Below are positions 26,876 through 39,500 of a DNA stretch of 64,000 bases, in pieces. Made by a program: the position numbers and the translations under genes. Position 1 is the first letter of the stretch. Each line of letters begins with the position of its first letter. The notes under the pieces were generated by a model. It was given only the letters and a program-made list of their open reading frames with translations, was not told where the DNA came from and made no database searches. The stretch is from Candidatus Spongiisociaceae bacterium (GTDB lineage Bacteria; Actinomycetota; Acidimicrobiia; Spongiisociales; Spongiisociaceae), in assembly GCA_965202665.1 (NCBI GenBank), contig OZ241841.1, positions 1,996,189 to 2,060,188 on the forward strand. The letters are read 5' to 3'.

Positions 26876-27262
26876 ATGGCCAAAATGACCACCGACGAAC
26901 TGCTGGGCGTGTTCGAGGAGATGACCGTCCTGGAGTTGAAAGAGTTCCTAGACGCCTTCGAGGAGCGCTTCGATGTCACCGCGGCCGCCCCGGTGGCGAT
27001 GGCCGCCATGCCCGCCGGCGACGGCGCGGGCGCGGCCGAAGAAGAGGAAAAAGACGAGTTCGACGTGGTGCTCCTCGGCCCCGGCGACCAAAAGATCCAG
27101 GTGATCAAAGAAGTTCGGGCCCTCACCGGCTTGGGATTGAAGGAGGCCAAAGCGGTGGTGGACGACGCTCCGGGCGCCGTCTTGGAAGGGGCCTCCAAGG
27201 AGGAAGCGGAGGCGGCCCGGGACAAGATCGCCGCCGTGGGCGGGCAGGTGGAAATCCGATAA
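26876..27262 (+). CDS. rplL: 50S ribosomal protein L7/L12
   Basis: [24 protein letters not shown]...[12 protein letters not shown]... Confidence 0.95.
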   Translation: MAKMTTDELLGVFEEMTVLELKEFLDAFEERFDVTAAAPVAMAAMPAGDGAGAAEEEEKDEFDVVLLGPGDQKIQVIKEVRALTGLGLKEAKAVVDDAPGAVLEGASKEEAEAARDKIAAVGGQVEIR

Positions 27263-27284
27263 CCGCCGCCGTCCGGCCCCCGAT

Positions 27285-27314
27285 TTGACAAGCCGCGCCG
27301 GCATCTGTTACGAT
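27285..27314 (+). promoter_or_regulatory. putative rpoBC promoter
   Basis: TTGACA (27285..27290), an 18-nt spacer, then TGt-TACGAT (extended -10, 27306..27314). A leader of about 250 nt follows. Confidence 0.55.
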
Positions 27315-27440
27315 GGCGACACACAAGTAGATCCGGTTTCCCCGTCGCCCGCCCGCAGGCGCGCGGGTCCGGGTTGCAATAACAGCCCGCCCCAAGCCGG
27401 GCTCCCCGATCCGGTATCGGCGGCTTGCGGCGATGGAAAC

Positions 27441-27470
27441 GGCAGGTACGGGTTGCGCCCGCCTGTCTTT
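27441..27470 (+). terminator. terminator-like hairpin inside the rpoB leader (possible attenuator)
   Basis: GGCAGGtaCGGGttgcgCCCGCCTGTC is followed by TTTGCTG. Confidence 0.3.
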
Positions 27471-27570
27471 GCTGTGCCAGATTAAGTCGGCCGACGTTCG
27501 ATACCGGGCCCCGTCGGATGCCGGGCGGCTTGCCGGTTGCTATAGGGGGATAACCCCAAGGAGGATGCTC

Positions 27571-30500
27571 TTGGCCGCTATCCGCGTCGCCGACCGCCTG
27601 TCGTTTTCCCAAATCCGGGAGGTGGTTCCCCTGCCGGATCTGCTTTCCGTGCAACACGACTCCTTCCGCCACTTCCTGGAAGAGGGGCTGGGGCGGATTT
27701 TCGAGCAGATCTCCCCGATAGAGGACTTTTCGGGGATGCTGGCCTTGGAAATCGGCGATCATCAGTTCGGCCCCGCCCCCCTCACCCCCGATGAGGCCAA
27801 GATGCAGGACGCCAACTACGCCCGCCCGTTGCGGTTCAAAGCCCGGTTCATCAACCGCAACACCGGGGAGATCAAGGAACAGGAGGTGTTCCTAGGCGAT
27901 TTCCCGATGATGACCGAAAAGGGCACGTTCATCATCAACGGCACCGAGCGGGTGGTGGTCAGCCAGTTGGTGCGCTCGCCCGGCATCTACTACGACCGGT
28001 CGGTGGACAAATCCACGCTCAAAGATTTGTACAGCAACAAGGTGATTCCCGGCCGAGGGGCCTGGCTGGAAATGGACATCGACAAGAAGAACACGGTGGG
28101 GGTGCGGGTGGACCGCAAACGCCGTCAGTACGTCACCGCCTTCCTGCGCGCCCTCGGTTTGGCGGAGAGCGATGAGCAGATACTGGCAATGTTCGATGGG
28201 GCGGGGTCCATCCGCAACACGTTGGAGCAGGACCCGATCACCGACCCGGAGGAGGCCCTGCTGGATCTCTACAAAAAACTCCGTCCCGGCGAGCCTTCCA
28301 CGGTGGAGTCGGCCCGGGGGCTGGTCTCCCAGCTGTTCAAAAACGAAAAACGCTACGACCTGACTCCGGTGGGCCGTTACAAGGTGAATCAGAAGTTCCG
28401 CAATCCCGATGACTTCGCCGCCGGGGACAACCTCCTCCAAGACGAGGACATTATCGACTCCATCAAATACCTGGTGTGCCTGCATGCCGGAGAAGCCTCC
28501 ATGACTTCGCAGTTGGGGATGCAGGTGGGCGTGGGGGTGGACGACATCGACCATTTCGGCAATCGCCGGGTGCGCACCGTGGGGGAGCTGATCCAGAACC
28601 AGTTGCGCATGGGTCTGGCCCGCTTGGAGCGGCAGGCCCGGGAGCGGATGAGCACCCAGGAGAGCGATGCTATCACCCCCCAGTCCCTGGTCAACATCCG
28701 TCCGGTGGTGGGGGCCATCAAAGAGTTCTTCGGCTCCAGCCAGTTGAGCCAGCTGATGGATCAGCCCAACCCGCTGGCCGGACTCACCCATCGCCGCCGC
28801 CTGTCGGCCCTGGGACCGGGAGGTTTGACCCGGGAGCGGGCCGGGTTCGAGGTGCGGGACGTGCATCCTTCCCACTATGGCCGGATGTGCCCCATCGAGA
28901 CCCCGGAGGGCCCCAACATCGGATTGATCGGTTCGTTGGCCACCTACGCCCGCATCAACCCGCACGGCTTCATCGAGACTCCCTACCACAAGGTGACCGA
29001 CCGCAAGGTCAGCACCAAAGTGGAGTACCTGACCGCCTCCGAGGAGGAGCAGTACGTAATCGCCCAGGCCAACGCCCCTTTGGACACCGACCGGGTTTTT
29101 GTAAGAGATCGGGTGCTGGTGCGCCGCCGGGACGATGATGTTGCTTTTGTCAGCCCGGACGAGGTGGACTATATGGATGTGTCCCCCAAGCAGATCGTGT
29201 CGGTGGCCACCTCCCTCATCCCTTTCTTGGAGCACGATGACGCCAACCGGGCCCTGATGGGTTCCAACATGCAACGGCAGGCGGTTCCCTTGGTGCGCAC
29301 CGAATCCCCCCTGGTCGGCACCGGGGTGGAGTATTGGGCGGCCCGGGACTCGGGGGAGATGTTGCTCTCCCCGGCGGCGGGGGAAGTGACGTTGGTGTCG
29401 GGGGATGAAGTTCACATCAAGGAGGAAGGCGCCAACCGCAAGCATCGGCTCCGGTTGCGCAAGTTCGAACGTTCCAACCAGGGGACTTCGGTTAATCAGA
29501 AGCCGGTCGTGACGGTAGGTCAGAAGGTCAAAAAAGACGACATTCTGGCGGACGGACCCTCCACCGCCGCCGGAGAGCTGGCTTTGGGCAAGAACCTGTT
29601 GACCGCCTTTATGCCCTGGAAGGGGCACAACTTCGAAGATGCCATAGTGGTCAGCGAACGGCTGGTGAAAGACGATGTTTTAACTTCGGTGCACATCGAC
29701 GAGCATGAGATCGAGGCCCGCGACACCCGGGCTGGCGACGAGGAGATTACCCGCGATATTCCCAACGTGGCCGAGGAGTCGTTGCGCAACCTGGACGAAG
29801 ACGGGATCATCCGGGTGGGGTCGGTGGTGGAGGCGGGCGACTACCTGGTGGGCAAGGTGGCCCCCAAGGGCGACTCGGAGATGACGCCCGAGGAGCGCCT
29901 GTTGCGTGCCATCTTCGGGGAGAAAGCCCGCGAGGTACGGGATGTGTCGTTGCGGGTTCCGCACGGCGAGTCGGGCAAGGTGATCGGGGTGCAGGTGTTC
30001 AGCCGGGACCAAGGGGCTGAGAACCTGAACGCTGGGGTCAGCCAGAAGGTGCGGGTCTACGTAGCCAGCCAGCGCAAAATCTCCGAAGGGGACAAGCTGG
30101 CCGGGCGGCACGGCAACAAGGGGGTCATCGCCAAGGTTCTGCCCGAAGAGGACATGCCCTTTTTGGCCGACGGCACCCCGGTGGATATTGTCCTGTCCCC
30201 GCTGGGAGTTCCCTCCCGGATGAACTTGGGCCAGGTGCTGGAAACCCATCTGGGGTGGGCGGCCGCCCAGGGTTGGCGCCCGTTCGATCCCCAAACCGGG
30301 CGTCCGGTGGAAAGCAACGGCGGGCCTGGCAAAAAACCGGAGAAGCCCAGCGACGGTTCGCCCCGCTGGTCCCGGTTGGCCACCCCGGTGTTCGACGGGG
30401 CCAAAGAAGAGCAGATCACCAACGTGATCGCCAACTCCCTGCCCAACCGGGACGGGGAGCGGCTGGTGAACGAAGACGGGAAAGCGATACTGTACGACGG

Positions 30501-30993
30501 CCAGACCGGCAGGCCGTTCGACACCCCGGTCACGGTCGGCTACCTGTACCTGCTGAAACTGGCCCACCTGGTGGATCACAAGATTCACGCCCGCTCCACC
30601 GGCCCCTACTCCATGATCACCCAGCAACCGATTGGGGGGAAGGCCCAGTTCGGCGGACAACGGTTCGGGGAAATGGAGGTGTGGGCCCTGGAAGCCTACG
30701 GGGCCGCCTACGCCTTGCAGGAGTTGCTCACCATCAAATCGGACGATGTGTTGGGACGGGTCAAGGTGTACGAGGCGATCGTGAAAGGCGACAACATCCC
30801 CGAACCGAGCATTCCCGAATCTTTCAAAGTGCTCATCAAGGAAATGCAGAGCCTGTGCCTGAACGTGGAACTGTTGTCGGTGGGCGAAGAGGTGGACCTG
30901 CAGGAGCTGAGCGAAAAAAGCGACGAAGCGTACCGCACGGCTGAGGATCTGGGCATCGATATGTCCCGTCCTGAGAAGCGGGAGGAAAACTGA
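27571..30993 (+). CDS. rpoB: DNA-directed RNA polymerase subunit beta
   Basis: TTG 27571 lies 6 nt after AAGGAGG. ATG 27565 directly abuts the SD and is a less likely alternative. The translation is canonical RpoB ([17 protein letters not shown]; [13 protein letters not shown]). Confidence 0.95.
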   Translation: MAAIRVADRLSFSQIREVVPLPDLLSVQHDSFRHFLEEGLGRIFEQISPIEDFSGMLALEIGDHQFGPAPLTPDEAKMQDANYARPLRFKARFINRNTGEIKEQEVFLGDFPMMTEKGTFIINGTERVVVSQLVRSPGIYYDRSVDKSTLKDLYSNKVIPGRGAWLEMDIDKKNTVGVRVDRKRRQYVTAFLRALGLAESDEQILAMFDGAGSIRNTLEQDPITDPEEALLDLYKKLRPGEPSTVESARGLVSQLFKNEKRYDLTPVGRYKVNQKFRNPDDFAAGDNLLQDEDIIDSIKYLVCLHAGEASMTSQLGMQVGVGVDDIDHFGNRRVRTVGELIQNQLRMGLARLERQARERMSTQESDAITPQSLVNIRPVVGAIKEFFGSSQLSQLMDQPNPLAGLTHRRRLSALGPGGLTRERAGFEVRDVHPSHYGRMCPIETPEGPNIGLIGSLATYARINPHGFIETPYHKVTDRKVSTKVEYLTASEEEQYVIAQANAPLDTDRVFVRDRVLVRRRDDDVAFVSPDEVDYMDVSPKQIVSVATSLIPFLEHDDANRALMGSNMQRQAVPLVRTESPLVGTGVEYWAARDSGEMLLSPAAGEVTLVSGDEVHIKEEGANRKHRLRLRKFERSNQGTSVNQKPVVTVGQKVKKDDILADGPSTAAGELALGKNLLTAFMPWKGHNFEDAIVVSERLVKDDVLTSVHIDEHEIEARDTRAGDEEITRDIPNVAEESLRNLDEDGIIRVGSVVEAGDYLVGKVAPKGDSEMTPEERLLRAIFGEKAREVRDVSLRVPHGESGKVIGVQVFSRDQGAENLNAGVSQKVRVYVASQRKISEGDKLAGRHGNKGVIAKVLPEEDMPFLADGTPVDIVLSPLGVPSRMNLGQVLETHLGWAAAQGWRPFDPQTGRPVESNGGPGKKPEKPSDGSPRWSRLATPVFDGAKEEQITNVIANSLPNRDGERLVNEDGKAILYDGQTGRPFDTPVTVGYLYLLKLAHLVDHKIHARSTGPYSMITQQPIGGKAQFGGQRFGEMEVWALEAYGAAYALQELLTIKSDDVLGRVKVYEAIVKGDNIPEPSIPESFKVLIKEMQSLCLNVELLSVGEEVDLQELSEKSDEAYRTAEDLGIDMSRPEKREEN

Positions 30994-31068
30994 CCCCTTC
31001 CCATCGACTGGAATGGGTCGGAACGGAAAGTCGAAATTTAGACGAAACACGGCGGCGAAAGGAGCAGT

Positions 31069-34000
31069 GTGCGCGAGCTGTTCGATGAACTGAAAATTGG
31101 TTTGGCGTCCTCCGATCAGGTGCGGTCCTGGTCGTTCGGGGAGGTGAAGAAGCCGGAGACCATCAACTACCGCAGCTTGAAGCCGGAGAAGGACGGGCTG
31201 TTCGACGAGCGCATTTTCGGTCCGCAGAAGGACTGGGAATGCTACTGCGGCAAATACAAGCGTTTTCGCTACCGGGGCATCGTGTGCGAAAAATGCGGCG
31301 TGGAGGTGACCCGCAAGGATGTGCGCCGGGATCGGATGGGCCACATCGACCTGGCCGCCCCGGTCACCCATATCTGGTTTTTCAAAGGAGTCCCCTCCCG
31401 GTTGGGGTATCTGCTGGACATGTCCCCCAAAAACCTGGAGATGATCATCTACTTTGCGGCCTACGTGATCACGGAAGTGGACGAAGGCAAACGGATGGTG
31501 GATCTGCCCGACCTGGAGGAGCAGATGCGGGCCGAGTTGGAAATTGTGGGGGAGGAGTTGGAGGAGTGGCGGTTGGAGCGGCTGTCCCGGTTGGAGAAGC
31601 AGGTGGAGCAGATGGAGGAGGCGGGGGCCAAGCTGGCGGAGGTGGCCACCGTGCGCCGCGAGGCGGAGCGGGAAATCAAGGATCGGGAGGAGAAAGCGGA
31701 GAAGGAACGCGAGTTGATCAAGGAGAGTTTTGCGGAATTTCGCGAGTTGCGTCCCAAAGATCTGGTGGAGCGGGAGGATTTGTGGAGGGAGATGCACGAA
31801 CGCTACTCGGCCTACTTCGATGGGGGAATGGGGGCGGAGGCGGTGAAGAAATTGCTGTCCAAGGTGGATTTGGACGCCGAGATGGAGGAGTTGCGGGAAG
31901 GTTTGCAATCATCGTCGGCGCAACGGAAACTGCGCTCCGGGCAACGTGTGAAGGTGGTGAAGCCCTTCTGGGAGGGCAAGCATTCGCCGGAGAGCATGAT
32001 TATAGAGGCGGTTCCGGTCATCCCGCCTGAGTTGCGACCCATGGTGCAGTTGGACGGGGGGCGCTTCGCCACCTCCGACCTGAATGACCTGTACCGGCGG
32101 GTGATTAACCGCAACAATCGCCTGAAGCGGCTGTTGGGGTTGAACGCCCCCGAGATCATCATCAACAACGAGAAGCGCATGTTGCAGGAGGCGGTGGACG
32201 CCCTGTTCGACAACGGGCGGCGGGGGCGGGCGGTGCCCGGTACCGGCAATCGTCCCTTGAAGTCTTTGACCGACATGTTGAAGGGCAAAGCGGGGCGGTT
32301 CCGGCAGAACCTGCTGGGGAAGCGAGTGGATTATTCCGGCCGGTCGGTGATCGTGGTGGGCCCGCAGTTGAAGTTGCATCAGTGCGGTTTGCCCAAGGTG
32401 ATGGCGTTGGAGTTGTTCAAGCCGTTCGTGATGAAGCGGCTGGTGGACCGGGATTTGGCGGCCGGCATCAAGGCGGCCAAGCGGATGGTGGAGCGGCAAC
32501 GTCCGCAGGTGTGGGACGTGTTGCGGGAGGTGATACAGGATCATCCGGTGTTGCTCAACCGGGCCCCCACTTTGCACCGGCTGGGGATTCAAGCTTTCGA
32601 ACCGTTGCTGGTGGAAGGCAAAGCCATACAGATTCATCCCCTGGTGTGCGAGGCTTTCAACGCCGACTTCGACGGGGATCAGATGGCGGTGCATCTCCCC
32701 TTGTCTCCGGAGGCGCAGGCCGAGGCGCGGGTGCTGATGCTGTCCACCAACAACGTACGTTCCCCGGCCAGCGGCCATCCCATCGTGTCCCCCTCCCAGG
32801 ACATGGTCATCGGCCTCTACTACCTGTCGGCGAATATCAAAAAAGAAGGCGCCTTGGGGACAGGCCGGTACTTTGCCGATCTGCCGGAGGCGTTGATGGC
32901 CTATGACTTGGGTGAGTTGGAAGTGCACGCCCCGATCAAAATTCGGATGGGCGATATGGCGGGCGACCCGCAGGTGCACGCCGAGCTGAAGGATCTGATC
33001 GGGTATCTGATCACCGACCAACCGGTGGATGGCCAGGTTCCGATGGACACCACTTTGGGCAAGGCCTTACTCAACCAAGCCCTGCCCGCCGATTTCCCGT
33101 TGATCGACGCTCCTTTGTTGAAGAGCGGCATCAAAGACCTGCTCGCTGAGATCATCGACCGCTACGACAAGGCGGTGGTGCAACGCACTCTGGACGGGCT
33201 CAAGGATTTGGGTTTCGCCTTTTCCACCCAGGCGGGGCTCACCGTGGGTTTGAACGATGTGACCACCCCGCTCGACAAGCCGAAGATACTTAACGAGGCG
33301 GAGGACAGGGCGCAGAAGAAGGAACGAGAGTACCAGCAGGGGAGCATTACCGCCCAGGAACGGGATCAGGAGTTAGTGGAGATTTGGAGCGAAGCCACCG
33401 AAGAGTTAACCCAGAAGGTGCGCACTTCCCTGTCCGATCAGGACTTCAACCCCATTGATATGATGATGAGCTCCGGCGCCCGGGGCAACATCATGCAGGT
33501 GCGCCAGATAGCCGGTATTCGCGGCTTGGTGGCTAACAACCGCGGACGCATCATCCCCCGGCCCATCAGGTCTAATTTCCGAGAGGGGATGACTGTGCTG
33601 GAGTATTTCATGTCCACGCACGGGGCCCGCAAAGGTCTGACCGACACCGCTCTGAAAACCGCCGACGCTGGTTATCTGACCCGCCGCCTGGTGGATGTGT
33701 CCCAAGAGATTATCGTCTCCGAAGAGGAATCGGAGGATCGGGGCATCGACATCCGCGTACGGGATGCAAAAGGCGATACCCTCCCCGACTTGCGCAACCG
33801 CATCTACGGGCGGGTGTTGGCCGAAGATGTGAAAGTGGATTACAAGTTGCGTATCACCCGCCCCGGTGATTCCAACTTCGAAGCTGGCCAAACCGTGGAG
33901 TTCACGAAGTTTGCGTCCGTCAAACGGGAGTTGTTGGAGGCTGGCAAAAAACCGGCCGAAGGTCGGCCGACGGGAGGTAAAACGGCCCTTACCAAGGATG

Positions 34001-35925
34001 GCGTGGCTCTGGAGGCGGGGGCGGTGATTGACCGCAAGGTGATGGTGGAACTGCAGGCTATGCCGGAAGTCGACTCGGTGCGGGTGCGTTCCCCGCTCAC
34101 CGACGAGATCCGGCACGGCATCAGCCGCGCTTCCTACGGGCTGAGCATGTCCACCAACCAACTGGCGGAACCGGGCGAGGCGGTGGGGGTGATGGCCGCC
34201 CAGTCCATCGGCGAGCCGGGCACGCAGCTGACCATGCGCACCTTTCATACCGGGGGGGTGGCCGATGAAACGGATATCACCCACGGCCTGCCCCGGGTGG
34301 TGGAGTTGTTCGAAGCCCGCTCCCCCAAGGGAAAGGCCATCTTGGCCGAGGCCAGCGGAAAAGTGCGCATTGACGATGGTGAAGAGGGGGTGCGCGCTTT
34401 GGTAATCGAATCCCCCCGGAGCGGGGAAGTCAAATACCGCTTGTCCCCCAACGCCCGGTTGCGGCCCGGGGTGCGAGAGGGGGGTGAAGTCGCCGCCGGA
34501 GATCAACTTACCGAAGGGCCGTTGGATCCCAAAGAGGTGTGCCTCATCAGAGGAGTGCGGGCCTGTCAGCAGTATCTGGTGGATCAGGTGCAGGATGTGT
34601 ACCGCAACCAGGGGGTGGAGATTCACGACAAGCACATCGAGCTGATCGTGCGGCAGATGTTGCGCAAAGTGCGCATCATCGAGCCCAACGACACCGATTT
34701 TCTGCCCATGCAGATGGTGGATCAGGGAGAGTTCCGGGACACCAACCGGGAGTTGGCGGCCGCGGGCAAGCAACCGGCCGAGGGCCGTCCGGAGCTGATG
34801 GGGATCACCAAGGCCTCGCTGGCTACCGAGTCCTGGTTGTCGGCCGCATCCTTCCAGGAAACCAGCCGCGTGCTCACCGAGGCGGCCATCAACGGACGCT
34901 CCGACTACCTGCGGGGACTGAAGGAGAACGTGATCATCGGCAAGCTGATTCCGGCCGGCACCGGTTCCGATGAATACCAGAAACTCCAACCCGAGCTGTC
35001 CCAGGCGCAGATAACACCCCCCTTGACCGGAGCCGACTGGTTGGCCGTGCGGGAGATGGAAGTATTCACCGAAGAGGTCGCCGGTGAGGCCGAGGATAAG
35101 GCCGCCCAAGCCGAGGAGGCCCGGGCCAGGGCGGAGGAGAAAAAGGCGGAGGTGAACGCCGCCACTGACGATGCCGAGAAATATACTTTGAGGAGGGAAA
35201 GAGACGAAGAATATGAACGGGCCGCCCGCTATGACCGGGAGGCGGCCGAGGAGGAGGAGCGGGCCGCGGCCCGCAAGTTGGCCCATGCCCAAGCGAAGGC
35301 GGAGGAGGCCGAGGAAGCCGAAGCGGCCGCCCAGGAGAAAGAGTTGGAACAGGCTCGCAAAGAGGCGGAAAAGGCCCGGCAAGCGGTGGAGAAGGCCCGG
35401 GAGAAGGAAGACAAGGCCGCCAAAACGCGCCGGGAGAGGGCCGCCAAAGAGGCGCAAAAATGGAAGGATCGGGCACAGCGGGCATTGCGAGAGGCCGAAG
35501 GGAAGCAGAAGCAGGTGGCTGATAAAACGGAGCAGGCTAAAGCCGCGCTGGATATAAGCGCAAAGGTGGATTTGGCGCGGCAGGTCGTGTCTGAATCCGA
35601 GAAGGTGATCCAAGGCGTACGGGAAGCGAGGAAAGCGGCAACGGTAGCCCAGGAGGCTGAAGTTAAGGCTGAGCTGGAAGATACAGAAGCGCCGCAGGTA
35701 ATAGAGGACGCCGAACAGGTGATCCTAGATGTGGAGCAAAAGGTTCAGGAGTTGCGGGCCTCGCTGGATGCTCCCCAACAGGATGCGGGAGCTATTGACA
35801 GATCCCTCGACGAGAACCGCGAGTCCTTGACGAGGATGGCCGTTACCTTGCAGAAGTTCACCGACTGGTTGAAAAAAATCGGCGAGCTCGTCGCCGATGC
35901 CCTAAAGAAACTGCTGGGAGGGTAA
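31069..35925 (+). CDS. rpoC: DNA-directed RNA polymerase subunit beta-prime with ~290-aa C-terminal coiled-coil extension
   Basis: The GTG start follows AAAGGAG. Canonical RpoC motifs ([12 protein letters not shown]; GKLIPAGTG at about residue 1291) are followed by about 290 further residues rich in E/K/A/R, up to residue 1618. Confidence 0.95.
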   Translation: MRELFDELKIGLASSDQVRSWSFGEVKKPETINYRSLKPEKDGLFDERIFGPQKDWECYCGKYKRFRYRGIVCEKCGVEVTRKDVRRDRMGHIDLAAPVTHIWFFKGVPSRLGYLLDMSPKNLEMIIYFAAYVITEVDEGKRMVDLPDLEEQMRAELEIVGEELEEWRLERLSRLEKQVEQMEEAGAKLAEVATVRREAEREIKDREEKAEKERELIKESFAEFRELRPKDLVEREDLWREMHERYSAYFDGGMGAEAVKKLLSKVDLDAEMEELREGLQSSSAQRKLRSGQRVKVVKPFWEGKHSPESMIIEAVPVIPPELRPMVQLDGGRFATSDLNDLYRRVINRNNRLKRLLGLNAPEIIINNEKRMLQEAVDALFDNGRRGRAVPGTGNRPLKSLTDMLKGKAGRFRQNLLGKRVDYSGRSVIVVGPQLKLHQCGLPKVMALELFKPFVMKRLVDRDLAAGIKAAKRMVERQRPQVWDVLREVIQDHPVLLNRAPTLHRLGIQAFEPLLVEGKAIQIHPLVCEAFNADFDGDQMAVHLPLSPEAQAEARVLMLSTNNVRSPASGHPIVSPSQDMVIGLYYLSANIKKEGALGTGRYFADLPEALMAYDLGELEVHAPIKIRMGDMAGDPQVHAELKDLIGYLITDQPVDGQVPMDTTLGKALLNQALPADFPLIDAPLLKSGIKDLLAEIIDRYDKAVVQRTLDGLKDLGFAFSTQAGLTVGLNDVTTPLDKPKILNEAEDRAQKKEREYQQGSITAQERDQELVEIWSEATEELTQKVRTSLSDQDFNPIDMMMSSGARGNIMQVRQIAGIRGLVANNRGRIIPRPIRSNFREGMTVLEYFMSTHGARKGLTDTALKTADAGYLTRRLVDVSQEIIVSEEESEDRGIDIRVRDAKGDTLPDLRNRIYGRVLAEDVKVDYKLRITRPGDSNFEAGQTVEFTKFASVKRELLEAGKKPAEGRPTGGKTALTKDGVALEAGAVIDRKVMVELQAMPEVDSVRVRSPLTDEIRHGISRASYGLSMSTNQLAEPGEAVGVMAAQSIGEPGTQLTMRTFHTGGVADETDITHGLPRVVELFEARSPKGKAILAEASGKVRIDDGEEGVRALVIESPRSGEVKYRLSPNARLRPGVREGGEVAAGDQLTEGPLDPKEVCLIRGVRACQQYLVDQVQDVYRNQGVEIHDKHIELIVRQMLRKVRIIEPNDTDFLPMQMVDQGEFRDTNRELAAAGKQPAEGRPELMGITKASLATESWLSAASFQETSRVLTEAAINGRSDYLRGLKENVIIGKLIPAGTGSDEYQKLQPELSQAQITPPLTGADWLAVREMEVFTEEVAGEAEDKAAQAEEARARAEEKKAEVNAATDDAEKYTLRRERDEEYERAARYDREAAEEEERAAARKLAHAQAKAEEAEEAEAAAQEKELEQARKEAEKARQAVEKAREKEDKAAKTRRERAAKEAQKWKDRAQRALREAEGKQKQVADKTEQAKAALDISAKVDLARQVVSESEKVIQGVREARKAATVAQEAEVKAELEDTEAPQVIEDAEQVILDVEQKVQELRASLDAPQQDAGAIDRSLDENRESLTRMAVTLQKFTDWLKKIGELVADALKKLLGG

Positions 35926-35927
35926 GA

Positions 35928-36284
35928 TTGTCGTACGGGGAATCTCTTAACCCGCTTCAGCTTTTTGGGGCGGCGCCCTTCGCTGGCCACGAGGGCAATC
36001 CGGCGGACTTCTCCCGTACGCTTAACGCTGTTCGGATTGGCGTTTCATGGAAGGGTCCTTTCAGTGATGCCATACAACTCATCGAGGCCGCTACTAAGTT
36101 GCCCGTGACGGCCGGCGGGGAGTTGGAGGGGCATATGGCGATCGCGGCGGGGAAAGCCATCGAGGCGGTAATGGGGCAAGTCTTTGAACTGCAGGCGGAG
36201 GCGCGCCGGTGCTTTTCTGCGGAGGCCATCGCCCATGCCGAGCGATGGCTGGCGGAAAACAGCCCCGCTGGAAACGGACGATGA
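35928..36284 (+). CDS. hypothetical 118-aa protein with a central W-x-G motif
   Basis: The TTG start is 2 nt after the rpoC stop, and the ORF ends 33 nt before the rpsL promoter. SWKGPFSDAIQ (W41-K-G43) resembles the WXG100 turn. Codon usage is atypical and no homolog is recognised. Confidence 0.4.
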   Translation: MSYGESLNPLQLFGAAPFAGHEGNPADFSRTLNAVRIGVSWKGPFSDAIQLIEAATKLPVTAGGELEGHMAIAAGKAIEAVMGQVFELQAEARRCFSAEAIAHAERWLAENSPAGNGR

Positions 36285-36316
36285 GGCGCGTGGCGGTTGC
36301 GAAAGGGGTCCCTGTT

Positions 36317-36346
36317 TTGACATAGCGGCGGGCCGGTCTGTATAAT
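36317..36346 (+). promoter_or_regulatory. rpsL-operon promoter
   Basis: TTGACA (36317..36322), an 18-nt spacer, then TATAAT (36341..36346). A ~185-nt leader follows. Confidence 0.65.
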
Positions 36347-36535
36347 GCGGGCCGTGCTTGCGCACATATTTACTCTCGTGCCCTGAGGGCCGGTGGTCCC
36401 GCCGCTGGCAACCGCAAGGTGGCGGGAACCCACACAAGAGAGTTGGCGCGTCGCATCGCCGGCGGGCCGATTACAGAAAACGAACGGGCAGGGTTGCCCG
36501 CGTCTTGCGCGCCTGCCCGCCCGCGAGGAGCAATT

Positions 36536-36907
36536 TTGCCAACCATACAACAGTTGGTGCGCCGGGGCCGCAAGCCCAAGGCGCGCAAGGAGAAGACGCC
36601 GGGTCTGGCCGGTTCCCCCCAGCGGCGGGGGGTGTGCACCCGCGTCTACATCATCACCCCCAAAAAGCCCAACTCCGCCCAGCGCAAAGCGTGCCGGGTG
36701 CGGCTCACCTCGGGAGTGGAGGTGACCGCCTACATCCCCGGCGAGGGGCACAACCTGCAGGAGCATTCCATCGTGCTCATCCGGGGCGGCCGGGTGCGCG
36801 ACTTGCCCGGGGTGCGTTACAAGGTCATCCGGGGGGCTTTGGATGCGGCCGGCGTGGACGGCCGCCGTCAGGCCCGTTCCCGCTACGGAACGAAACGGGA
36901 GCGATAA
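36536..36907 (+). CDS. rpsL: 30S ribosomal protein S12
   Basis: The TTG start is 5 nt after AGGAG. (M)[11 protein letters not shown]...[10 protein letters not shown]... Confidence 0.95.
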   Translation: MPTIQQLVRRGRKPKARKEKTPGLAGSPQRRGVCTRVYIITPKKPNSAQRKACRVRLTSGVEVTAYIPGEGHNLQEHSIVLIRGGRVRDLPGVRYKVIRGALDAAGVDGRRQARSRYGTKRER

Positions 36908-36908
36908 G

Positions 36909-37376
36909 ATGCGCCGCGCCCCCGCTCAACGCCGCCAGATCGAACCGGATCCGTTGTTCCGCAACATGCTGGTATCCCAGATAATCAACCAGGTTTTGCT
37001 GCGGGGCAAAAAGAACAAAGCCCGGCGCATCGTCTACGGGGCCTTGGAGTTGGTGGAAAGCCGCAGCGGCCAGGATTCCATACAGGTGTTGAAGCGGGCC
37101 ATCGACAACCTCCGTCCGCAGGTGGAGGTGCGCACCCGCCGGGTGGGGGGCACCTCCTACCAGGTGCCGATGGACGTCCGCCCCCGCCGCGCCTCCACTT
37201 TGGCCATCCGCTGGCTGATCGGGTTCGCCCGCCGCCGCCGGGAGAAGTCCATGGCCCATCGGCTGGCCGCCGAAATTATGGATGCCGCCAACAACACCGG
37301 GGCGGCCGTCAAACGCAAAGAAGACGTCCACAAGATGGCCGAATCCAACAAGGCCTTCGCCCACTACCGCTGGTAA
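36909..37376 (+). CDS. rpsG: 30S ribosomal protein S7
   Basis: [17 protein letters not shown]...NKAFAHYRW. Confidence 0.95.
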   Translation: MRRAPAQRRQIEPDPLFRNMLVSQIINQVLLRGKKNKARRIVYGALELVESRSGQDSIQVLKRAIDNLRPQVEVRTRRVGGTSYQVPMDVRPRRASTLAIRWLIGFARRRREKSMAHRLAAEIMDAANNTGAAVKRKEDVHKMAESNKAFAHYRW

Positions 37377-37380
37377 GACA

Positions 37381-39483
37381 ATGAGCTCCCCCCTTGCCCG
37401 ACTCCGTCAGTTTCCGCTGAGCCGCACTCGCAACATCGGGATCATGGCCCATATCGACGCCGGCAAGACCACCCTCACCGAGCGGGTCCTCTACTACACC
37501 GGACGCACCTACAAGTTGGGCGAGGTGCACGAGGGGGCGGCGGTGATGGACTGGATGGAGCAGGAGCAGGAGCGGGGCATCACCATCACCTCCGCCGCCA
37601 CCACCTGCGAGTGGCATGAGCATTGGATCAACATCATCGACACCCCCGGCCATGTGGATTTCACCGTGGAGGTGGAACGTTCCTTGCGGGTGCTGGATGG
37701 GGCGGTGGCCGTCTTCGACGCGGTGGCCGGCGTGGAGCCGCAGTCGGAGACTGTTTGGCGGCAGGCCGACCGCTACGAGGTGCCCCGCATCTGTTTCATC
37801 AACAAGATGGACCGGGTGGGGGCCGACTTCTACGCGGCCGTGGATTCCATCCGTGACCGGTTGGACGCCGTTCCGCTGGTGATGCAGATCCCGATCGGCT
37901 CCGAAGCCGGGTTCACCGGGGTGGTGGACCTGGTGGAGATGAGGGCGCACACCTGGCAGGGCGACGACGGCCGCACTTGGAACACCGGCCCCATCCCCGA
38001 TGAATATCTGGCGACCGCCTCCGAATACCGGGGCCGGATGCTGGAGCAGGTGGCGGAAGTCGACGAGAAACTGCTGGAGAAGTACCTGGAGGACTTGGAC
38101 ATTTCCCCGGGCGAGATCACCATGGCGGTGCGGGCGGGCGTCCTGCAACATTTATTCAATCCGGTGCTGTGCGGGGCCGCTTTCAAAAACAAGGGAGTGC
38201 AACTGTTGCTGGACGCGGTGGTGGATTACCTGCCCAGCCCGGTGGACCTGCCCGCCGTGTCCGGGTTCGTCCCCGGTCGCGAGGATCAGACTTTGCATCG
38301 CCCCCCCGCCGACGACCAGCCCTTCTCCGCCTTGGCCTTCAAAGTGATCAGCGACCCGCATGTGGGCAAACTCACCTATTTCCGAGTTTATTCCGGCCAA
38401 GCCTCCAAGGGCGGAACCCTGCTCAACACCGCCAGCGGGCGCAAGGAACGGCTGGGACGCCTGTTGCGCATGCACGCCAACCATCGGGAGGACCGGGAGG
38501 ATGTGTTCACCGGCGATATCGTGGCCGCGGTGGGACTGAAGCACACCACCACCGGCGACACCCTCAGCTCCGTGCGGGACCCGATCGCCTTGGAGTCGAT
38601 GTCCTTTCCGGCTCCGGTGATTTCGGTGGCTATCGAACCCCGTTCCAAGGCCGACCAGGAAAAATTGTCCGAGTCACTCAGCCGGTTGGCCGAAGAGGAC
38701 CCCACCTTTTTGGTGCGCTCCGACGAAGAAACCGGGCAGACCATCATCTCCGGGATGGGCGAGTTGCATTTGGACATCTTGGTGGACCGGCTGGTGCGGG
38801 AGTTTCGGGTGGACGCCAATGTGGGCCGCCCGCAGGTGGCCTACCGGGAAACCATCCGCGGCCCGGTGGAGAAGATGGAGGTGCGCCATATCAAGCAGAG
38901 CGGCGGCCGGGGCCAGTATGCGGTGGTGGTCGTTTCTTTGGAGCCCACCGGTCCCGGGGGCGGCTTCGAGTTCGTGGACGAAATCAAAGGAGGCTCGGTT
39001 CCCCGCGAGTTCATCCCCTCCGTCTCGGCCGGCATCCAAAACGCCCTGGACCAGGGGGTGCTGGCCGGCTATCCGCTGGTGGACGTACGGGCCCGCTTGG
39101 TGGACGGCTCCGCCCACGATGTTGATTCCTCGGAGATGGCTTTCCGCATCGCCGGGTCCCTGGCCCTGCGGGAAGCGGCCCGCCGGGCGGGCGTCAAAAT
39201 GCTGGAGCCGGTGATGGCGGTGGAGGTGGTCACCCCCGAGGAATATATGGGGGAGGTCATCGGCGACCTATCCGCCCGGCGGGGTAGAATAGGGGAAACC
39301 AACCAGCGGGGTTCGGTGCGGGTGGTAACCGCCCGGGTTCCGTTGGCCGAAATGTTCGGATACGTGACCGACCTGCGGTCCAAGACCCAGGGCCGGGCCA
39401 CTTCCACCATGCAATTTCATTCATACGACGACGTGCCCGAGCAGGTCGCCGGCGAGATAGTAGCCGCCGCCCGCGGCGAATAG
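37381..39483 (+). CDS. fusA: elongation factor G
   Basis: The ATG is at 37381. [21 protein letters not shown]... The 33 N-terminal codons of the track ORF are the rpsG overlap frame. Confidence 0.95.
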   Translation: MSSPLARLRQFPLSRTRNIGIMAHIDAGKTTLTERVLYYTGRTYKLGEVHEGAAVMDWMEQEQERGITITSAATTCEWHEHWINIIDTPGHVDFTVEVERSLRVLDGAVAVFDAVAGVEPQSETVWRQADRYEVPRICFINKMDRVGADFYAAVDSIRDRLDAVPLVMQIPIGSEAGFTGVVDLVEMRAHTWQGDDGRTWNTGPIPDEYLATASEYRGRMLEQVAEVDEKLLEKYLEDLDISPGEITMAVRAGVLQHLFNPVLCGAAFKNKGVQLLLDAVVDYLPSPVDLPAVSGFVPGREDQTLHRPPADDQPFSALAFKVISDPHVGKLTYFRVYSGQASKGGTLLNTASGRKERLGRLLRMHANHREDREDVFTGDIVAAVGLKHTTTGDTLSSVRDPIALESMSFPAPVISVAIEPRSKADQEKLSESLSRLAEEDPTFLVRSDEETGQTIISGMGELHLDILVDRLVREFRVDANVGRPQVAYRETIRGPVEKMEVRHIKQSGGRGQYAVVVVSLEPTGPGGGFEFVDEIKGGSVPREFIPSVSAGIQNALDQGVLAGYPLVDVRARLVDGSAHDVDSSEMAFRIAGSLALREAARRAGVKMLEPVMAVEVVTPEEYMGEVIGDLSARRGRIGETNQRGSVRVVTARVPLAEMFGYVTDLRSKTQGRATSTMQFHSYDDVPEQVAGEIVAAARGE

Positions 39484-39500
39484 AACAGGAGGTAAGGGAA

